A stretch of DNA of 64,000 nt from an uncultured virus (IMG/VR IMGVR_UViG_3300037237_000057) (IMGVR_UViG_3300037237_000057), one strand, 5' to 3'; counted from the first letter of the stretch, positions 1-9,344 are shown. Numbers and translations are program-made. The notes: a model not told the origin generated them from the sequence alone.

Positions 1-442
1 TAGCGTAGTTGTAGACATTCGTGCCCAATTCAAGCGGAGTGGCGAAAGTCCCCGCCGTTATTGTGTGTAAATCTAGCTGTGGGCTAGCAACCCCGCCGAT
101 ATTGACATTGCCTGTGGTAAGAGAAGCAGCTTTCACAGCCCCCGCTTGCGTCACTGTAAACGGATCAGCGGAAATCAAACCTGTAGTGGGATCAATTGTT
201 CCGTTACCAATGCCCACCGTTGCGTTCTGATCAACAGTCAGAACCGGGGTCGATGCGGTTCCTATTTGTATCTGATATGCCGGGGTGAAATCAGCAAGAT
301 CAGAGTCCAAGAATCCAGCGAATCCATACAGTTGATTAGCGTAGTTGTAGACATTCGTGCCCAATTCAAGCGGAGTGGCGAAAGTCCCCGCCGTTATTGT
401 GTGTAAATCTAGCTGTGGGCTAGCAACCCCGCCGATATTGAC
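1..442. repeat. Exact 106-bp direct repeat (1-106 and 337-442), period 336 bp, in frame in the fibre gene
   Basis: Base-by-base identity TAGCGTAGTT...GATATTGAC. The copy at 1-106 is cut by the window edge. Confidence 0.95.
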
Positions 443-1654
443 GATGTTGAAATTCTTAGATGGGGCACCACCGGGCGTAAGATCATAGATATTTTGATTA
501 GGATACGCGCTATTTGCGGAAAGTGGGTCCATCGCAGTTGTGACCGCAACACCGTTTCCCATAACGATATTTTGACACGCTCCGGTGTTTCCAGCACCAA
601 ACAACGCACACGTTGTATTGCTGTTAGCAACAGGAGTCACGGCGTCGAAAAATATCATGTTAGTGAATACATTACCTTGGATGGCCCCGGCACCTGCAAA
701 GTTCAACTCAACTCCAGTCCCTTCTAGTTGAACATTGTTGAAAACGTTACTGTCGATAAGGGTGTATCCTGCCGTCGCTGGCACAATAGACAAATCAACA
801 CCCGCATTTAGAACCATCCTGTTAAAAGTGACTCCGCTTATGTACCCCAAGCCAGATGAATTTCCGGTCGCACTGAGCGATACGCCACCATAAAGACCCA
901 CACAGGTAAAACCATCTACCGCATTCACAAGCTGTATAAACCCGTTGAGCGGGGGTGCCATGGAAAGGCAAGTTCCGCCAAGTGAGCCCTCTGCCGACCC
1001 GTCTATAAGTATATCTTGGATAGACAAGGGGTTTTCTGAATTGATGTTAGTTGTATCGGCAACCTGAATGACAAGCCCGTTATAGAGAGGAGTTGACGGC
1101 AAAACTACATGAAGCCCTTTAAGAATGCCCTCCCCAGTAAGTTTAAACATTACTGATGGGGGAGAACTGGTTGATGGTGCAAAGTAGGTTTCAGGACTCA
1201 AAATAAGAGTCCTGCTAGGATAAGCCCCGATAGCTACGGTTGCCGCAATCGTTTGACTTGTTGCTCCATAACTTCTACCGTCGCATACATTATAAACCGC
1301 TAGACACGCATTAATTTGCACATCTGCCGTTGCTCCCGCAAAAAGGGATGGGTTGCCGACAGAGTTGATGACAGGAGCATTCAGCGGCCCGGTCAGCGTG
1401 CCGCCAGTGAGGGGGAGGAATGAAGCCCCGCTACCTGAAACAGCGTGCCATGTGTAGACGCTGGATACTGGATAACATTGGTAGAGAATAGACGACCCGG
1501 AATCCGTATAGAACGCGCCGTTGTTGATCACAGCCGAGCATGTAGCAGAGGGTGCGCCAACGCCAGTCAACCACCCCACCTGATCAACAGAAATCTTCTG
1601 CCCGTATGCGGCCAATGAGAGCAACAAGAGCGTCAATAAGAAGATGTGCTTCAT
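2..1654 (-). CDS. Signal-peptide-bearing tail fibre/spike-like protein (partial, runs off left edge; not in ORF track)
   Basis: Manual translation from ATG 1654 (ATGA overlap with the upstream stop) gives MKHIFLLTLLLLSLAAYG-QKISV..., open for 551 codons to the window edge. It contains the fibre motif FLPLTGGTLTGPL, a beta-helix-like Asn/Gly-rich segment and an internal repeat with a 112-aa period. Confidence 0.85.
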   Translation of the reverse strand, partial: MKHIFLLTLLLLSLAAYGQKISVDQVGWLTGVGAPSATCSAVINNGAFYTDSGSSILYQCYPVSSVYTWHAVSGSGASFLPLTGGTLTGPLNAPVINSVGNPSLFAGATADVQINACLAVYNVCDGRSYGATSQTIAATVAIGAYPSRTLILSPETYFAPSTSSPPSVMFKLTGEGILKGLHVVLPSTPLYNGLVIQVADTTNINSENPLSIQDILIDGSAEGSLGGTCLSMAPPLNGFIQLVNAVDGFTCVGLYGGVSLSATGNSSGLGYISGVTFNRMVLNAGVDLSIVPATAGYTLIDSNVFNNVQLEGTGVELNFAGAGAIQGNVFTNMIFFDAVTPVANSNTTCALFGAGNTGACQNIVMGNGVAVTTAMDPLSANSAYPNQNIYDLTPGGAPSKNFNIVNIGGVASPQLDLHTITAGTFATPLELGTNVYNYANQLYGFAGFLDSDLADFTPAYQIQIGTASTPVLTVDQNATVGIGNGTIDPTTGLISADPFTVTQAGAVKAASLTTGNVNIGGVASPQLDLHTITAGTFATPLELGTNVYNYA

Positions 1655-4600
1655 TTCGCCTCCACTGTATAATTCGCGCCGTCACATCCAACCTTGGTGT
1701 AAGGTATAGCTGGAGTACCTGTTCCACTAACCGTTGCGCCCCACACCTGCGTCGTAGAATCGGTTACCCATGCCTCTAGACCCCCGTTACTAGCGCAAGG
1801 GAAAGCCGCTGCAAGCGTAGCGTAAAGGCCCGGAGTGATGGTGATTGTCGCGGGGCCAGCGCCGTTGAAAGTGCCAGATGGAGCCGTGATGGGCACTTCA
1901 AATGTAGCGCCTGTACTCAGGAAATAGGCCCACGGTACCCAGACGCTAGAACCATTCAGCGTTTCAAGTTCCGCTCCGGTAGGATATGGTGCCCACTGAA
2001 ATCCATTGCTGGCCGACAAATTTCCAGTGCTCCACCCATTCCACATTCCCTTGAACTTGCAGTTAACGCCCTGACCCGGGTTGTCGGCAATCGAGCAGTC
2101 GTTGTCGAAGTTGAGAATTGTCGGTTGCGCAGTCATACTGCTTGGGCCTTGAACGTTTGACCACACTCCAAGCGGAACGCCGACAGGCAAAGCGCCTGCG
2201 CCCGTATTCGACAAATCCCAAATAGACTGAGAAACGCTTCCTGCAAGGTTCATGCCGATGTTGTGCGCTGCCCCGGTAAAGTACCACGTCACAAAATCGG
2301 CGTGCTGTGTAGCGGGAGTGCGATAAGGATCACTGACCAGCACTGAGCCGTTCTCGCAGCATGCGGCATTGGTGATTGTCCCATTTAACACAGTGCCGTA
2401 GTACATATAGCGGCTGGCGCTCTTGCAAGTAAGAGTGTCCCAATTATGGCTGTTGCCCCCACTTCCACCACGTACAAGTTCGTTCAGGCATGTGCCGGAA
2501 ATGCCGGGGTAACCGGGACCGTTTGCTTGCCCAAGATCAAGCTGCGTTGTAACAGGCGCGCTCGTCTGACGCTGGTTCGCCGACTGTGGGAAGGTCTGCG
2601 CCTCGAAGAAGTCTGTCGCGTGGTAGCTGTATTCAGTTCCCCAGATGTTCGCCGCAAACCAGTCATCGAGTTTACTGCTGTAGGTCGAGAAGAAAGACAT
2701 ATTCGACTCAATCTGCGTGTTGAGGAAGCCGCCATAAATAGAAGACGTGTCCGTGCGTCCAGGCCACTGGCCGCCAATCACCATCGGAGCAAGAGCGATG
2801 CCGCTAAGGTTGTAGAGTTGCGAGCCTAAGTCAGTCGCCCCAAAATAGAGGCCGATACCCGTAGAGCCAGCCGCCGAGAAATCGATGTTGTAAATGGCTG
2901 CGTTTGAAATCGAAAACTGCCCGTACACACAGATAAAGCAACTCTGGAGAGTGAGGCCGTCGATCACCAAATTTGAGATTGATCCCTGCCCGAACAGCAC
3001 CGGCTGGTTATTGTCGAATGTGCTCAAATCCCACGCGCCAGCTACGTCAGAAGCCTGCCCATTTGTTCCTTCAAAACTTACCCCGGTAGCAAGCGGAACC
3101 TGCAACGGCAGGGTGGTTGGATTCAGCGGAGCAACGTTGGTGCATTGCAAATCAAACTTGGAGGTTCCAGAATCCCAGCAAGCAAAGTTTCCGAAGATGA
3201 TGGTTGATGCGCTTGAGCAACCGGACGGCGCTGTCGTCCATGCTCCGCTGGCCACGCCGCCGCCTGAATTGGTGGTGGCTATGCCAACGCCAGAAACGCT
3301 GATACCTGAGATGTTGTTGTATCCCGCAACCGGAGTGCAGCCGCCGCCGATTGAGAAGAATCGCAGCGTGACGGATGAGCTAGGAAGGTACCCACTGCCT
3401 GCGTTGGTGATTGTTGGAGTCGCACCGCCTGTGGTGGTTGTAGCCGTAGCACCGTCACCGCCGTGCGCCGTCACTGTAAGGGTGGGTGCGGATTGGAAGC
3501 CGTAGCCTGTATCAACTATCGTAGGCGTTCCGGTAATTACCCCAGAGCTATTCGATGCCACCGTGACCCAAGCGTAGCCGCAAGCGCCGCTGTCGTATCC
3601 CTGCAATCCGCAGCCGCCGGTGATGGCAGTCTGAAACGTGTTCGACGGCGTGTAACCAAAACCGCCCGCCGTGACGGCGCACGAATTGATTGCACCGGCT
3701 GAAATAGTGCAGGTGAGTGCCCCATCAGAGCCGCCTGCAGGCGTTCCGTAGCTGCCATCGTCGCCTGTGGTTGCGAACATATAGTACGGAACCGAGGCGA
3801 ATAGATAGTTGCCCGATGGAATCTGACATGACCCTTTGCTGCCAGTGGCAAGTACGGCGTTTTCGCAAGCTACCGCGGCGGGCACGTTGTCGGTTCCCCA
3901 CCAGATGTAAAAAGTGGAGAGCGTGTTGGCGAAGTTCTTGCTAAGGGTGACGTGTGAAGAGTCTGTGTAACCTGCGATAGTCGCCACATTGTAGGGAGCC
4001 GTAGCGAAGGGCAAACCGGGTGACCAGGCCACACCGTTATTGGTCGCCACCGCGTTCTTGCCTATATCGTCAGAAGCAAATCCAGCGCCCGGGCAAGTAA
4101 GAATGTTGCTCCCCGCCGTCGAACTGCATGTCTGCGAGTAGAACCGCGCGGGTTTGCGATCGGCAACGGCGCCAAATGCCGCGATGCTCAGCGTTGTGCT
4201 CGGTTGCGTGTTGGTTACGGTGATGCTTGACCCGGCCGCCGCGACACTCGTCCCATAGCCAGCAACCACACTAGGCGTTCCGGTGAGTCCATTGATGCTG
4301 GAAACACCGCCTCCGGTGGAGGAGCAGGTGCCATCAAACTTCAAATATCCGGTTGTGCAGGAGGTCCAAAGCCCCACCACATCACCAAAAGTAGGCGCAC
4401 GCCATGCTGATCCGGTTGATGCTCCAAGCCCCGCAGCCGGGTAAACCATACCACCGCCGCCGCCACCACCATATGCTCCCCAGTCATAAAGAACATCGGC
4501 CGGCTGCGATCCGCTGGCCGGTTGTGGGGCAGTGGCGAATGTAATGGTGTTGCCGACCAGCGTGTAACCAATCCCCTGAATTTGCGGGAAATTCTTCCAG

Positions 4601-5310
4601 ACAATGGCCTGCACCGCATTGCTTGGCAGCGCTGCCCCGCCGTTGGTTAAAGTGAATACTGTGTTTGTTCCATCGATAACGCCAGAGGGAATCCCTTGAA
4701 ATAGCGTAAGTCCTCCGCCTCCGCCGGAGAACGGCTGTGCGACATAAGCCCCGCTGATCCACAAATAAGGAACGATCACTGATGTGCGCTGGTCGAGGAT
4801 TGTGACCGCGGTATTGCCGCTGGCAGCCACAATCATGCCGGTAGTGCCGCCAAGGCGCTGCCAGTCGGGAGTGAGGAGGACCTGATAGGAAAGGACGCCT
4901 GCGTAGTTGATGGCCTCTTGCAGGCCTGCCGTGGCTGAAGTGAGATAGAAAGTATTGTGCTTATTGACCGGAGCGACTGTGATCGAGCAGCCCGCGCCGC
5001 TAATGTTGACCGCGCTTGGCGTCACGTTCTCAGAGTTCGCAGGCGTCCCCGTATCCACAATCCTGATCGGAGTACCCACCCTGAAAACGGGAACCAGGGG
5101 GATTCCGCTCGCCGTAGTGTTGCAAAACGAGGGGGCAGACCATGAGAATGGGCCGGTATTTCCCTGCGGCACGCTCCACTGGCCGAAGTTAGATGCCCAG
5201 AGAATGCCCGCGGTATTCCCCGGACCTGTGGTTGGAGTTCCACCACCCTGAGCGCAGCATGACACTGCCACGCCCAGAGCGAGGGAAATTGTGAAGAGGA
5301 GTTTTCTCAT
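1651..5310 (-). CDS. Tailspike/fibre-like protein with signal peptide and putative beta-helix depolymerase
   Basis: N-terminus MRKLLFTISLALGVAVSCCA-Q with an AGGAGG-like context. Contains a PSGVIDGTNTVFTL module, SIAAFGAVAD/GTDN pectate-lyase-3-like start motifs, ITNAGSGY-type repeats, poly-Gly linkers and a C-terminal VGCDGANYTV fibre-tip-like motif. Confidence 0.75.
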   Translation of the reverse strand: MRKLLFTISLALGVAVSCCAQGGGTPTTGPGNTAGILWASNFGQWSVPQGNTGPFSWSAPSFCNTTASGIPLVPVFRVGTPIRIVDTGTPANSENVTPSAVNISGAGCSITVAPVNKHNTFYLTSATAGLQEAINYAGVLSYQVLLTPDWQRLGGTTGMIVAASGNTAVTILDQRTSVIVPYLWISGAYVAQPFSGGGGGLTLFQGIPSGVIDGTNTVFTLTNGGAALPSNAVQAIVWKNFPQIQGIGYTLVGNTITFATAPQPASGSQPADVLYDWGAYGGGGGGGMVYPAAGLGASTGSAWRAPTFGDVVGLWTSCTTGYLKFDGTCSSTGGGVSSINGLTGTPSVVAGYGTSVAAAGSSITVTNTQPSTTLSIAAFGAVADRKPARFYSQTCSSTAGSNILTCPGAGFASDDIGKNAVATNNGVAWSPGLPFATAPYNVATIAGYTDSSHVTLSKNFANTLSTFYIWWGTDNVPAAVACENAVLATGSKGSCQIPSGNYLFASVPYYMFATTGDDGSYGTPAGGSDGALTCTISAGAINSCAVTAGGFGYTPSNTFQTAITGGCGLQGYDSGACGYAWVTVASNSSGVITGTPTIVDTGYGFQSAPTLTVTAHGGDGATATTTTGGATPTITNAGSGYLPSSSVTLRFFSIGGGCTPVAGYNNISGISVSGVGIATTNSGGGVASGAWTTAPSGCSSASTIIFGNFACWDSGTSKFDLQCTNVAPLNPTTLPLQVPLATGVSFEGTNGQASDVAGAWDLSTFDNNQPVLFGQGSISNLVIDGLTLQSCFICVYGQFSISNAAIYNIDFSAAGSTGIGLYFGATDLGSQLYNLSGIALAPMVIGGQWPGRTDTSSIYGGFLNTQIESNMSFFSTYSSKLDDWFAANIWGTEYSYHATDFFEAQTFPQSANQRQTSAPVTTQLDLGQANGPGYPGISGTCLNELVRGGSGGNSHNWDTLTCKSASRYMYYGTVLNGTITNAACCENGSVLVSDPYRTPATQHADFVTWYFTGAAHNIGMNLAGSVSQSIWDLSNTGAGALPVGVPLGVWSNVQGPSSMTAQPTILNFDNDCSIADNPGQGVNCKFKGMWNGWSTGNLSASNGFQWAPYPTGAELETLNGSSVWVPWAYFLSTGATFEVPITAPSGTFNGAGPATITITPGLYATLAAAFPCASNGGLEAWVTDSTTQVWGATVSGTGTPAIPYTKVGCDGANYTVEAK

Positions 5311-5317
5311 AGGAGGT

Positions 5318-6268
5318 TTACTTGCAGCTATACGTGAAGTAATACTGCGTCGACGCCACTGGTGCTGTTGTCGCCACGGTCACGGTCAGAATCCGCTGGA
5401 ATGTTGTCGTGGAACCGGTCGAGCTCATCGCGGAGGTAAACGTGGTGTAGGCATTTGCCCCACTCGAGGCCACGGTGCAGGTGCCTGCATACTGAGGTCC
5501 GCCAGCAGAGACCGCAGGCCAGGTCTCGGTAAACAGAGTCCCTGTCGTGGTCGCTGTTCCGGTAAGGACACTCGCCGTCCCGGTGATTGCTGTCGATGTA
5601 CCCAGATTTGAAACGGTTGGGACTGTTCCAGCGCCGGCGCCCGCCGCGATCGTCGGCGCCGTATTCTTCAATGTGTTGTTTGTTACGGTGTAGGCAGACC
5701 CAGACCACACATAAAAAGTGGCTGGAGCGGTTGTGATGTCCTCGAGCAGCACAGAGTAATTGCCGACCGCGGCGCCGAGGATGGTAGCCGCATTGGTCCC
5801 TGGGATTTGGTTGGCTATCGTCCACCAGTTCTTGTCAAGGATCAGCAAGGTCGGCCACGCACCCTGCCCAGTAAGAGTGTTGATGCCCTCCTGGAGCCCA
5901 CCAGTTCCCGACTTCAATTGAAACGTGTAGTGGCTATTCGATGGCGCGATGGTCACACCGCAGGATCCATTCGTATTCACGATCGCTGAGGGCGTCTTCA
6001 CTTCCGAGTTTGCCGAGTTCTGATCCGCAATCAGCACCGGAGCATTGGTATTGAACACGAAGAAGTTCAGATTCTGCCCTTGGCTGTTGCAAATGCTTCG
6101 GCCCTGGAAGGTGTACGTGTTTGCGCTTTGCTGGTTGAGTGACCACAGCTGAAAGCTGGTCGCATAATACTGCGAGGCTGTGAATGGGGTTGTGGCGGAC
6201 TGCGCTGATCCTACAGCCGCGCAGGCGGCAAGGGTGAGCGCGACGATGAGGCTGAAGGCTTTGCGCAT
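5318..6268 (-). CDS. Signal-peptide-bearing putative virion fibre/adaptor protein (paralogous N-domain to the 1219-aa protein)
   Basis: Likely start MRKAFSLIVALTLAACAAVGSA-Q at 6268, after AAGGAG. Thr/Ser-rich beta protein with a C-terminal ...YYFTYSCK. Confidence 0.7.
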   Translation of the reverse strand: MRKAFSLIVALTLAACAAVGSAQSATTPFTASQYYATSFQLWSLNQQSANTYTFQGRSICNSQGQNLNFFVFNTNAPVLIADQNSANSEVKTPSAIVNTNGSCGVTIAPSNSHYTFQLKSGTGGLQEGINTLTGQGAWPTLLILDKNWWTIANQIPGTNAATILGAAVGNYSVLLEDITTAPATFYVWSGSAYTVTNNTLKNTAPTIAAGAGAGTVPTVSNLGTSTAITGTASVLTGTATTTGTLFTETWPAVSAGGPQYAGTCTVASSGANAYTTFTSAMSSTGSTTTFQRILTVTVATTAPVASTQYYFTYSCK

Positions 6269-6288
6269 GGTGAAGGCTCCTTGTTGGG

Positions 6289-8013
6289 TTATTGGTGACA
6301 TTGGTACGAGAGAATTACACTCGATGATGGCGTACTCGTCATGCCGATGGTGACAATGTAAGGCAGATACGGGAATGCAAACCCCGCCTCAGATGCCGAT
6401 GCATTGGCGTGTGCGAAGGTGGCTTCAAACTGGGTTGTGCTCAATCCAGATGAGAGAACCACCATGGTCTGGCCATTGAGGAATGTGCTGGTGGGGAAGT
6501 TAAGAATCTGAACCGTGGTCGCAGCCGTCAGACCCGTAAACGCGCCAGTTGCACCTGTGAATGTGACCACGTTCGATACGATCGAGTACCCGGTGATCGC
6601 ATAGTTTAGCGGCGAGACATAGACCGGATAGGCGTCATTTGGGTCTGAACTGTTGGCGCTGCACGCCATTGGATGCGGATAAGTCCCACCAAATGCCAGA
6701 GTGAAACGTGGCGTCGTGGTATTGACCTGCACCAGGCCAGCGCCATCATTGAACCCAGCGAACGTATTCAACACTCCAGCACCGGTAATCGTCGGCACAT
6801 TGGCGTTGGGTCCAACAACCGCCGTATTACTCAAAGTGCAGTCGGTCGAGTTCAGACCTGGATCGTCGACGCACGCAACACCGGAATTGGTGCCCGGGAT
6901 GAGATTGAGCTTGGCTTCCTGCGGTTTCGAAGTCGAGCTAACCTGCACCGTCTGGTAGTAAATGCTTCCCAGCGTCGTCAGGAACGTGCAGAAGTTGTCG
7001 AGATACGTCCCATCCGAGCACAATGCCTGCCCAATCGTTCCAGCGCCACCGTTGAGCAAATATCCAGTCTTGGTGTTTATCACACCATTGGCACCGGCAT
7101 TCTCGTTGTCGATTCCCCAGCCGGGAGTCGCTGTTCCCACTCCCAACTTGCCAACCTGGGTCAAGTTGTAGCCGCCAAGACTCAATGGCCCAGAGATCGA
7201 TTGAACCCCGTGATTGGCTGGTGCCGAAAGAATCGGAACTGGATAGTAAACAACACCGTGGTAGTACGGCAGGCCATTCGAGAGATTGATCGTCGTCCCA
7301 GGTCCAATCAACTGCCATTGCATCGGGTATCCCGGAACTGGATTGCCGGATGAATCGGTTAAAGACACTTGATAGCCCGTGCCGGTCGGCCAGACCGCAT
7401 CATTGGCTGTGACCTGGCACAGAGTTGTGTTGCTTGAGGATGGCGATGCGCCGGAGATCAGGGCCGAGGCTTGGACGTATGACGCTGTGCCTGTTGTTTG
7501 ACCCTGAAGCGTCTCTCCACCGGATGTAGTTCCGATGAAGACGTCCATTCCCACAGCATTCGATGGAATGCCGCTCGATGGTGGATTGACGACCAGAGAG
7601 CCGGTAGTGCTGAGCGTTGTCGCCGTCTCCGGACTCGGAAGCGTGACGTGGCCGGCAGCGTCGTACCACTCGTAGACGGTGTAGTAGACACCGGAACCGA
7701 GTGATCCTGACCCGCTGGCGGTGTTGATCGTCGCTGTGAGGGGATTGGGAATGCCGACAACTGAGCCATCGGTTGACGTCCCGCAGGCTACCTGAGTGGC
7801 GAGATTGACTCCGCAACCGGCAATGTATCCCTGCTGGCTGGGTGCCAGCGTCATGGTGTAGTTCGATGACGGGATGCCATTGGCGCCGCGGAGATTGCCC
7901 GTCAGTGTGACCTGGGAATTGGTCACGCACGACTGGGAATGGGCTGCAATGGGATAGATCGAGAGCAGCAGAACAACTAAAGCCGCTTCGAACGATCTAC
8001 GCAGGAGGCTCAC
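6289..8013 (-). CDS. Signal-peptide-bearing tail fibre-like protein
   Basis: MSLLRRSFEAALVVLLLSIYPIAAHS-Q. Contains GKLGVGTATP and PQEAKLNLIPG fibre-like motifs, plus an Ig/FN3-like module resembling those in the 1023-aa tail protein. Confidence 0.7.
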   Translation of the reverse strand: MSLLRRSFEAALVVLLLSIYPIAAHSQSCVTNSQVTLTGNLRGANGIPSSNYTMTLAPSQQGYIAGCGVNLATQVACGTSTDGSVVGIPNPLTATINTASGSGSLGSGVYYTVYEWYDAAGHVTLPSPETATTLSTTGSLVVNPPSSGIPSNAVGMDVFIGTTSGGETLQGQTTGTASYVQASALISGASPSSSNTTLCQVTANDAVWPTGTGYQVSLTDSSGNPVPGYPMQWQLIGPGTTINLSNGLPYYHGVVYYPVPILSAPANHGVQSISGPLSLGGYNLTQVGKLGVGTATPGWGIDNENAGANGVINTKTGYLLNGGAGTIGQALCSDGTYLDNFCTFLTTLGSIYYQTVQVSSTSKPQEAKLNLIPGTNSGVACVDDPGLNSTDCTLSNTAVVGPNANVPTITGAGVLNTFAGFNDGAGLVQVNTTTPRFTLAFGGTYPHPMACSANSSDPNDAYPVYVSPLNYAITGYSIVSNVVTFTGATGAFTGLTAATTVQILNFPTSTFLNGQTMVVLSSGLSTTQFEATFAHANASASEAGFAFPYLPYIVTIGMTSTPSSSVILSYQCHQ

Positions 8014-8360
8014 TGGAGTTGATTTGCCCCGACCGCGGCGAGTTTGGGTCGATTGGCTTCTTCGACTGCAGCTTGCTCGGCCTCCAAACGCTTTTGGGCC
8101 TCGGCCTGTTCCTGCTGTTGCTGGACCGCGACCTGGTGCTGGTGCTCCTGGATGGCATTCTTGGTCTCATCCTGCCTGAGTTGGAACTCGGTCTGCAGCA
8201 TGTTGAGCACGCTGCCATGGATCTGGATTGAGTATGCCCGCAACCGCTTGGCTATCGCCAGATACTCGGTTTGGAGGTTGTTGATGGCTGTTGCAACCGG
8301 CACATCTGCGATTGCCTTCACCTTCTCTTGCAACGTTTCTGCCTGATTCTTCGAGTTCAT
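8010..8360 (-). CDS. Hypothetical coiled-coil protein
   Basis: Likely start at 8360 (ATGA coupling with the upstream stop). Gln/Glu-rich helical sequence, coupled to the downstream fibre gene. Confidence 0.6.
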   Translation of the reverse strand: MNSKNQAETLQEKVKAIADVPVATAINNLQTEYLAIAKRLRAYSIQIHGSVLNMLQTEFQLRQDETKNAIQEHQHQVAVQQQQEQAEAQKRLEAEQAAVEEANRPKLAAVGANQLQ

Positions 8361-8851
8361 GCTGCTTTGTCCTTTCGATACGTCACTCTTTGCCCGTCCT
8401 GCCCTCGTCCGTGTGGTTTGCATTCGAGATTACACTGCGGCCCCTGGTCGGGGTAAGCCCATAGACGAGCAAGACCTCTTTGCCTCTCACGGTAAGCCGT
8501 GGCTTCGGGTCCAAGGAGAGTGCGGCCACACACAGCACAACGGCGATACTCAACAGCGTACATAGAACCAGAACCCCCAGCACGGTGATCAGCGTCCACA
8601 TAGGCTTTCGCCTTCCTCCGCGATCTCAACCAGAAGCCCTGGGGCGTAAATGTAAGTGTAGAGGCTGAATCCCGGCCGCTGAAGTCTGACTCTGAAGCCT
8701 GCACGATAGAGAGCTCCACCCACCAAACCCGATTCAAAACCGGCAGGCTGCGATACTTCCGCATCCGCTCGTTGTGGATCTTGCGGCTCCTGCGTAACAG
8801 TTTCGACTCTGCAAATGGGTCGGTCCATCGGATTACCTCCCGCCTATTCAT
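8357..8851 (-). CDS. Hypothetical protein with Zn-finger-like CxxC...CxxxC
   Basis: 164-aa ORF in an operon chain; CAVCG...CNLEC. Confidence 0.55.
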   Translation of the reverse strand: MNRREVIRWTDPFAESKLLRRSRKIHNERMRKYRSLPVLNRVWWVELSIVQASESDFSGRDSASTLTFTPQGFWLRSRRKAKAYVDADHRAGGSGSMYAVEYRRCAVCGRTLLGPEATAYRERQRGLARLWAYPDQGPQCNLECKPHGRGQDGQRVTYRKDKAA

Positions 8852-8981
8852 CGTCTCAACCCGCCGTCATTTCTGCCGTGTAACTAGCCTCGCCGACCAT
8901 CCAGCAATCGCTCTCAGGTCATCCTGGAGCCTCATTTCATGCCAATAATCGTGCTTTTGGCATGTGTTGCCACAAGTTGCT

Positions 8982-9344
8982 CTAAACTAACTGCATTACC
9001 TTGACTCGCTCATTTCCGCTCGGCATCCCCTTCCAAACCCTCCCAAACGAGTAGCTCGCCACATTCCTCCCAGTGCCGATATACTTCAACACGCCATCCC
9101 GCACCAGCTGGTCGACCGCCTCGCGCGTCAGATGCGTGTGGTGACACGTTGGGCCGTGACACTCCTCGCCATAGCCCCAGTGCTCCATCAGCCGGCCTGT
9201 GTGGTGGCTCAACACACATATCCGGCGCCTCTCTTTGCTCGCTGGCCTCTGTTGTTTGGGAAGTTGCGGTGCGTACCTGAACACCCGGCCCCGTACATGC
9301 GTCTCCACCCGGCTGCCGGTCTGAACGTGCTCTATTTGAGCCAT
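8982..9344 (-). CDS. Hypothetical protein
   Basis: 120-aa ORF with a GAGG RBS; first substantial gene of the leftward transcript. Confidence 0.55.
   Translation of the reverse strand: MAQIEHVQTGSRVETHVRGRVFRYAPQLPKQQRPASKERRRICVLSHHTGRLMEHWGYGEECHGPTCHHTHLTREAVDQLVRDGVLKYIGTGRNVASYSFGRVWKGMPSGNERVKVMQLV

Noticed and set aside
1..442. Diversity-generating retroelement TR/VR pair
   Set aside because: The copies are identical (no adenine-specific mismatches), both are in frame in one gene, and there is no reverse transcriptase in the window.
8383..8601. Nested 72-aa hydrophobic ORF
   Set aside because: It lies wholly inside the coupled 164-aa gene in another frame, without a clear RBS; cannot be supported.
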